A stretch of DNA of 32,000 nt, from NCBI GenBank assembly GCA_964648855.1, contig CAZYLT010000004.1, positions 17,432-49,431 on the forward strand, given 5' to 3'. Below the pieces are notes generated by a model. The model had not been told where the DNA came from, searched no databases, and was given only the letters and a program-made list of their open reading frames with translations. Positions 26,489 through 32,000 of the stretch are shown piece by piece; position 1 is the first letter of the stretch, and each line of letters begins with the position of its first letter. The translations under genes were made by a program, and so were the position numbers. This DNA is from an uncultured archaeon. GTDB taxonomy: Archaea; Asgardarchaeota; Thorarchaeia; Thorarchaeales; Thorarchaeaceae.

Positions 26489-26911
26489 TTACTTGTAAGG
26501 AAGAGTCCATCCCTGTTTCTCGGGAACTTGTACAAAAGCAAGGATTGTGTTTCCGCGAACCTCATCGAATTTGAAGATTCCAAACAAATACCGATTGGAG
26601 TTCATGTCGAATTCCATTCTTTTTCTGTTGAGAAGGTGATCGAATATCTTTCTACAGTGCTTGCGTATCTGTGAAAATAGATTTCCAAATTTCCTGCGTT
26701 GAGATGGTCTAATGCCCCACCGTTCCAGAATAAATCGATTGGCCAGGCTATTACTAGATATCAAAATTGATTTTTTTCTCTTCTTTGAGGTTTCAGCGGT
26801 TTCGACGAGTACTTGCCGGAGACAATCGGGAATATTCGCCAGGATTGAGGGAGTAACTTTGGGTTCTCTCCTTGGTTTTGGATGAGGGGGCCTTGAGGAT
26901 GTCAATGTCAT
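26489..26911 (-). CDS. Basic hypothetical protein, possible winged-helix DNA-binding protein
   Basis: 140 aa, rich in K/R. Three predicted helices followed by beta strands (YLFGIFKF, TILAFVQV). Confidence 0.7.
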   Translation of the reverse strand: MTLTSSRPPHPKPRREPKVTPSILANIPDCLRQVLVETAETSKKRKKSILISSNSLANRFILERWGIRPSQRRKFGNLFSQIRKHCRKIFDHLLNRKRMEFDMNSNRYLFGIFKFDEVRGNTILAFVQVPEKQGWTLPYK

Positions 26912-26978
26912 TCACAATAAGATATGTATTATGCCTTAAGAAAACCTACATGTTCGTACCAATGTGGTCTAGTAATAT

Positions 26979-26989
26979 TTGTAATACAA
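26979..26989. promoter_or_regulatory. TGTAWTACA site (TTGTAATACAA)
   Basis: Perfect 11-bp palindrome in the divergent promoter region upstream of hypF. Confidence 0.6.
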
Positions 26990-27054
26990 CGCTACTGATA
27001 CAGAAACAATTTGCCACTTCATGGTATTAATATCCACAAAGCGATGTCAAACCA

Positions 27055-29421
27055 TTGAGGTTTCCTAAACTGAGTGTCAGAGCTAAGATCCACATTAATG
27101 GAATTGTACAAGGTGTTGGATTTAGGCCATTTGTGTATAGGGTAGCAAAAGGATTATCCTTGACGGGATATGTTTTGAATCTAGGAGATGCAGGGGTCGA
27201 GATTGTTGTTGAAGGAAAGAAAACGAAAGTCGACTCATTGCTGAATGAGCTGAAAGAGAATCCTCCATCCATTTCGAGGATCGAACGCCTAGAAACCGAA
27301 TGGTTACCGGCACAGAATTCATTCGATGGCTTCTCGATAATCAAATCCTCGACAGAAAAAACTGGTAACGCGGAACCAGTGATTCCACCCGATATTGCAG
27401 TCTGTGACACTTGTGTTGAAGAGCTATTTAATCCTCAATCGCGATGGTATCTTTATCCATTCATTTCGTGTGCAGCTTGCGGGCCAAGATATTCTACTAT
27501 CACTGATCTTCCATACGATAGACCTCAGACAACCATGATTGATTTTCCGCTTTGTGATACTTGTAATACTGGTTATACAGATCCACTGGATAGAAGGTAT
27601 CATGCTCAAACAACAGCCTGTGAGAATTGCGGTCCTACATACCAGCTATTCAATGATACAGGCGACATCATTGCAAACGAAAAAGCAGTAAAAAGAGCGG
27701 CAGGGCTAATAGAGTCTGGATCAATTGTAGCGGTACAAGGTATATCCGGTACTCATCTAGCCACAGCAGTCAGAAACCCAAGGCCAATCAATAGACTTCG
27801 TTTATTGAAGATGAGAGAACAGAGACCCTTCGCAATTATGGCTAGAAACAAATCAATTGTTGAGAGTGCTTTCAACCCGTCGGAGAATGAATTAGATGAT
27901 CTTGTCTCTTGGAGACGCCCTATTGTTCTTGTTAGAAAGAGAGCATCAAAAGATGCTACGAAAATAATACCACAGGAGTCATTGGATAGCATAGCGCCGG
28001 AACTGGACACCGTAGGTGTTATGCTGCCTTACGCTCCTTCTCACCATCTGCTCTTTCACCACATGGATGAACCTGCTATTGTTTTGACTAGCGCCAATCC
28101 TACAGGTATACCCATGTACATCGATTCAAAGAAAATTCGAAAATGCCTGTCTGGAATAGCTGACTACTTTTTGGTACATGATAGAAGAATCTGGCAAAGA
28201 GCTGACGATTCTGTAATCAAGTATGTAACTGGTGATAATTCAGTCTTCATTAGACGATCAAGAGGTTATGTGCCAGAACCAATTCCAATTTCTTATCCAG
28301 GTGATAAACTTAATCTTGTTGCGGTGGGTCCAGAAGAAAAAGCTACAGCATCGATTCTAAAGTCCACCAGTATATATCCGACTCAATACATTGGTGACAC
28401 TGACCAATTGGAGAATATGGAATTTCTTACGGATGCATATCAACATCTGATGGGTCTCATTGGGGTGAAGGAACTTGATGGTATCGCTTGTGACTTACAC
28501 CCAGAGTTCCTGAGTACGGAACTTGCAAAGCGCGTTTCCAAAGAGAAGGACATTCCCTTGATTCAAGTCCAACATCATCATGCTCATCTTGCCTCCATCC
28601 TAGTTGACAACCAGCTGTCTACTGATACAAGTATTATTTGTATTACAGCCGATGGTTATGGCTATGGGCCTAATGGCGAAGCATGGGGAGGAGAGGTCCT
28701 AGTTGGGGATGCCAGGCAATTCTCTAAGTTCGGAGGTTTGACTCCCCAGTTGTATGTTGGTGGCGATTTATCAGCCAAATACGCTGCACGGCCGTTTATG
28801 GGAATCCTAAGCGTCGCATTAAGCAGAGAGAATTTGTTTGGATACGTACGTGATGCGAAGATTGCAGCTGATGTATCCCTGAATGAAGACACCTTTGATC
28901 AGATGCTCATTGCCCGTGACAAAAACATAAACACGATTAAAAGTAGCAGTACCGGTCGCGTTTTAGATGCAGCCGCATTCGCCCTTGGAGTCTGTACCGA
29001 GAATAGCTATGATGGCGAGTGTCCAATGAAGTTGGAATCAATCGCAGCACCAACAAAGCTATCGATTGAACCACAAATAGTATCCTCATATGGAAGTCCT
29101 CAACTTGACACAGAACATCTTCTTCTTCGACTCATTAAGATGCAGGAACAAGGAGAGAAAAGGTCACATCTAGCCATGGCAGTACAACAAGCAGTGGGGA
29201 CAGGTTTAGCTAGAATTGCAGTCCAAGCAGCTCATGACCATGGAATACAACAAGTTGGATTCTCGGGTGGAGTCGCCTTGAATAGAATCATTACAAGAGC
29301 AATAATTTCCGAATTGAGTCATCATGAACTTGAGCCTCTTCTTCAGGACTCAATTCCTCCTGGAGACGGCGGTATCTCAGTTGGGCAGATAGCTGTTGCA
29401 GCAAGTAGACTCAATCAATAG
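27055..29421 (+). CDS. hypF: Carbamoyltransferase HypF (hydrogenase maturation)
   Basis: GIVQGVGFRPFV acylphosphatase domain, CxxC zinc fingers, RRYHAQ, RRSRGY, CDLHP, HHHAH, DGYGYG, PPGDGGISVGQ. Confidence 0.97.
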   Translation: MRFPKLSVRAKIHINGIVQGVGFRPFVYRVAKGLSLTGYVLNLGDAGVEIVVEGKKTKVDSLLNELKENPPSISRIERLETEWLPAQNSFDGFSIIKSSTEKTGNAEPVIPPDIAVCDTCVEELFNPQSRWYLYPFISCAACGPRYSTITDLPYDRPQTTMIDFPLCDTCNTGYTDPLDRRYHAQTTACENCGPTYQLFNDTGDIIANEKAVKRAAGLIESGSIVAVQGISGTHLATAVRNPRPINRLRLLKMREQRPFAIMARNKSIVESAFNPSENELDDLVSWRRPIVLVRKRASKDATKIIPQESLDSIAPELDTVGVMLPYAPSHHLLFHHMDEPAIVLTSANPTGIPMYIDSKKIRKCLSGIADYFLVHDRRIWQRADDSVIKYVTGDNSVFIRRSRGYVPEPIPISYPGDKLNLVAVGPEEKATASILKSTSIYPTQYIGDTDQLENMEFLTDAYQHLMGLIGVKELDGIACDLHPEFLSTELAKRVSKEKDIPLIQVQHHHAHLASILVDNQLSTDTSIICITADGYGYGPNGEAWGGEVLVGDARQFSKFGGLTPQLYVGGDLSAKYAARPFMGILSVALSRENLFGYVRDAKIAADVSLNEDTFDQMLIARDKNINTIKSSSTGRVLDAAAFALGVCTENSYDGECPMKLESIAAPTKLSIEPQIVSSYGSPQLDTEHLLLRLIKMQEQGEKRSHLAMAVQQAVGTGLARIAVQAAHDHGIQQVGFSGGVALNRIITRAIISELSHHELEPLLQDSIPPGDGGISVGQIAVAASRLNQ

Positions 29422-29469
29422 TAATACACGTAATACAGCTATTATTCTGCCATTGGTAAATGGCTATAG

Positions 29470-30084
29470 CTATTGATGAATTTGTTGCATTCCTAACTCG
29501 AAAGCACGGATGTTGATGTCCTCATAACGTCCCGGGAATGTTTCTCTAATAGTCTTCTTTGCTACGTCTTTCGATATGCCTGTGAAACCCAATGCGATTA
29601 TTGCGCCGAACATAACCATGTTCATGGCTCTATCACTACCCGCCTTTTTTGCTAAATCTATTGCATCGAACTCAATGAGATTCTTGGTGAATCGTTTGAT
29701 TGATTTCACAATCTCATCATGCGTTGGATAGTCAGCTTTGCCCATCGACACTGCTATGGGGTAAACCAAATTGGAGTTAATGAGTACACTGCCCTCATTG
29801 CTAATCAATTCTATTTCGCGAAGAGTTTCAATTGGTTCGAAACCAACTAGGATGTCTGCCGTGCCGGGATCAACAATAGGTCCACTGACGTCAGGTCCGA
29901 TGCGAACAGTGCAGATTACGTGACCACCACGTTGAGCCATCCCATGTATTTCTCCAACTCGGACATTTTTGGACTCGCCGAGGGCTGCCTTTGCTAAGAT
30001 TTCTGCAAGGGTCAAAACACCCTGCCCTCCAACGCCAGAGATAACAACATTGACTGTAGCTGTATTACTAGTATTACTATTCAT
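29470..30084 (-). CDS. iorB: Indolepyruvate:ferredoxin oxidoreductase beta subunit
   Basis: SGVGGQG, GEIHGMAQRGG, FEPIETLR; adjacent to iorA. Confidence 0.93.
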   Translation of the reverse strand: MNSNTSNTATVNVVISGVGGQGVLTLAEILAKAALGESKNVRVGEIHGMAQRGGHVICTVRIGPDVSGPIVDPGTADILVGFEPIETLREIELISNEGSVLINSNLVYPIAVSMGKADYPTHDEIVKSIKRFTKNLIEFDAIDLAKKAGSDRAMNMVMFGAIIALGFTGISKDVAKKTIRETFPGRYEDINIRAFELGMQQIHQ

Positions 30085-30087
30085 CTT

Positions 30088-31983
30088 TTACTCCTCCTTC
30101 TGCATTATGGCACCCTGAGGACAAACAGATACACAACTACCACAGATATTGCAAAGTGTTTCATCAATAGCCGCCTTCTCCGTTTCCGGGTCCCAATACA
30201 TAGCTGGACAGGCAAATCGATTAAGACAGCGTTTACATCCGGTACACATCTCCGAATCTACAAAGTATGGTTTAGGCTGCTCTTCGCTTCGACGCCTCTC
30301 TGCAGCAGTTAATAGAGCACATGCTGCCTTTGATACCAGTACAGCTGGTGCTTCATTTTCTCTGACCCACTCAACCATTTTCCGTACTTCGGCCACAAGA
30401 TCTGCGAGTGGCTCGAAGGGGTCGACTGTCTTAGTATATTTGACACCTAGACCTTTACAGACCTCTTCAATGTCAAGTGGCTCAACCTGCTCTTGCATAC
30501 CTGTAACTCCTGTTCCCGGGTGTGGCTGATGACCGGTCATAGCTGTCGTTCGGTTGTCTAGGACTACTAGACTAATGGGATGTCCATTGTAAACGGCGTT
30601 CACGATACCGGGGAGACCTGAAGCAAAGAAAGTACTATCTCCAATACTTGCTACAACATCTTGTCCAGTGACTTGTGATAATCCACAAGCGGTGCTGATA
30701 GACGAGCCCATGTCAAACAATATGTCGGCTGTTTCTAATGGGGGTGCAATACTAAGTGTATAGCATCCTATGTCAGAGGGATAGATTGCTTTTCCGCGAG
30801 TGGCAGTTCTGATTGCAAAATATGAAGCTCGATGAGGACACCCTGCACACAACAAAGGCGGTCGCGGTGGCAGATCAGGCAAATCCTCGCTAAGTGTGTG
30901 CAAGCGTTCCCAATCCACTGGCAATTCTTTTTCGAGTACTTTCGCTAGTCCTTCAGTTACAATCTTAGGGGTATATTCGTATACTCTTGGGAAGTACCCC
31001 TGTTCCTTTCCTAGAATTTCAGCATTAGGTACGTCATGCAGATTGGCTAGTCGACGGGAATGAGTTTCGAGGAAGGGTTCCAATTCTTCGACTATTGCAA
31101 CACGGTCATGGCGCCTTAAAAAGTCAATAATTTTCCTTTCTGGTACTGGATGAGTTATGCCAAGCTTGAGAACCTCTGCCTTTACATTTAGACGTGTGAG
31201 TGATTCAGTGATATAGTTGTAAGATACGCCACTGGTAATGATTCCAAGATCACCCTCGCCAATCGTGAAGTTCAATTCACTTTGTTCTGATAATTCCCTT
31301 GCTGCTTCTATCTGTTTCAACAACCACGGATGACGTTGTCGTGCAACGGAAGGAACCGGAACAAATCGAGTTGGTTCTTTTTCGAACTCTATTTTTTCCG
31401 GTCTATCCTTGATAGGGCCTAGGACTACTGGGGCACGGGTGTGATTAACTCGAGTGGTGGTTCGAAAAAGCACAGGCAGCTCTATTGCCTCCGAAAACTC
31501 GTATGCCTCGAGGAGCATTGACTTCGCTTCCGCAGGATCTGAGGGCTCCATCATAGGCATGTTACCCATAAGTGCATAGTATCGACTATCATTCTCGTTT
31601 TGTGAGCTCCACATACTTGGGTCATCTGCAACAACGATGACCATTCCTCCTCGAACACCAACATACGCTAGTGAGAAGAAAGGATCTGCAGCAACGTTCA
31701 AACCGGGTCCCTTACAGACCATCATTGAGCGGACACCAGCCACTGCAGCTGATCCAGCTACTTCCATGGCTACTTTCTCGTTCGTACTGAACTCAAAGTA
31801 GAAGTTCGAGATATGGGGTGCCATGAAGGTGAGATTATTCCCAATCTCACTACTGGGCGTCCCAGGATACAATGCAACTAGTCTGACTCCCGCTTCAAGA
31901 GCTCCTCTTGCAATAGCTTCGTTTGCAAGTAATAGAATGTTCTTACCGGGGTTATCTTCCAACAAATCCTTCGGTTTTGTCAT
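30088..31983 (-). CDS. iorA: Indolepyruvate:ferredoxin oxidoreductase alpha subunit
   Basis: NEAIARGALEAG, YPGTPSSEI, STNEKVAME, LCAGCPHR, SDIGCY, TPP motif IGDSTF...LDNRTTAMTGHQP, two C-terminal [4Fe-4S] motifs. Confidence 0.96.
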   Translation of the reverse strand: MTKPKDLLEDNPGKNILLLANEAIARGALEAGVRLVALYPGTPSSEIGNNLTFMAPHISNFYFEFSTNEKVAMEVAGSAAVAGVRSMMVCKGPGLNVAADPFFSLAYVGVRGGMVIVVADDPSMWSSQNENDSRYYALMGNMPMMEPSDPAEAKSMLLEAYEFSEAIELPVLFRTTTRVNHTRAPVVLGPIKDRPEKIEFEKEPTRFVPVPSVARQRHPWLLKQIEAARELSEQSELNFTIGEGDLGIITSGVSYNYITESLTRLNVKAEVLKLGITHPVPERKIIDFLRRHDRVAIVEELEPFLETHSRRLANLHDVPNAEILGKEQGYFPRVYEYTPKIVTEGLAKVLEKELPVDWERLHTLSEDLPDLPPRPPLLCAGCPHRASYFAIRTATRGKAIYPSDIGCYTLSIAPPLETADILFDMGSSISTACGLSQVTGQDVVASIGDSTFFASGLPGIVNAVYNGHPISLVVLDNRTTAMTGHQPHPGTGVTGMQEQVEPLDIEEVCKGLGVKYTKTVDPFEPLADLVAEVRKMVEWVRENEAPAVLVSKAACALLTAAERRRSEEQPKPYFVDSEMCTGCKRCLNRFACPAMYWDPETEKAAIDETLCNICGSCVSVCPQGAIMQKEE

Positions 31984-32000
31984 AACCTAATTCACCACAG

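Noticed and set aside
27552-30080. Motif-like strings inside hypF (27552-27570) and at the iorB start (30060-30079)
   Set aside because: Imperfect matches explained by codons (CDTCNT; NSNTSNT); not counted in the array.

Overview
Archaeal chromosomal window of mostly housekeeping genes: gatDE, pgk, aMBF1, tfe, DUF2110, mtnA, rpiA, pan, taw2, nac, acdA, hypF and iorAB. The gene set and the style of the hypothetical proteins suggest Asgard archaea, probably Thorarchaeia; this is an inference, not checked by a search. There are six tRNA genes, all with encoded CCA. Five carry introns with clean bulge-helix-bulge (BHB) motifs, and three of those introns sit at non-canonical D-loop positions. A tRNA-splicing endonuclease subunit lacking the catalytic His is translationally coupled to a PINA-like ATPase that has lost its PIN and KH domains. 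The strongest candidate for an undescribed system lies at about 21.2-29.4 kb. It is a two-gene operon encoding an ExeA-like AAA+ ATPase and a small ribbon-helix-helix-like protein. The palindrome TGTAWTACA occurs in tandem at its promoter and recurs in almost every intergenic gap for the next 8 kb, including a 25-bp perfect palindrome in an AT-rich gap beside two putative DNA-binding genes. This resembles a partition (centromere) or cell-cycle regulatory module, possibly at an origin-like locus. No CRISPR array, rRNA, integrase or transposase was seen.
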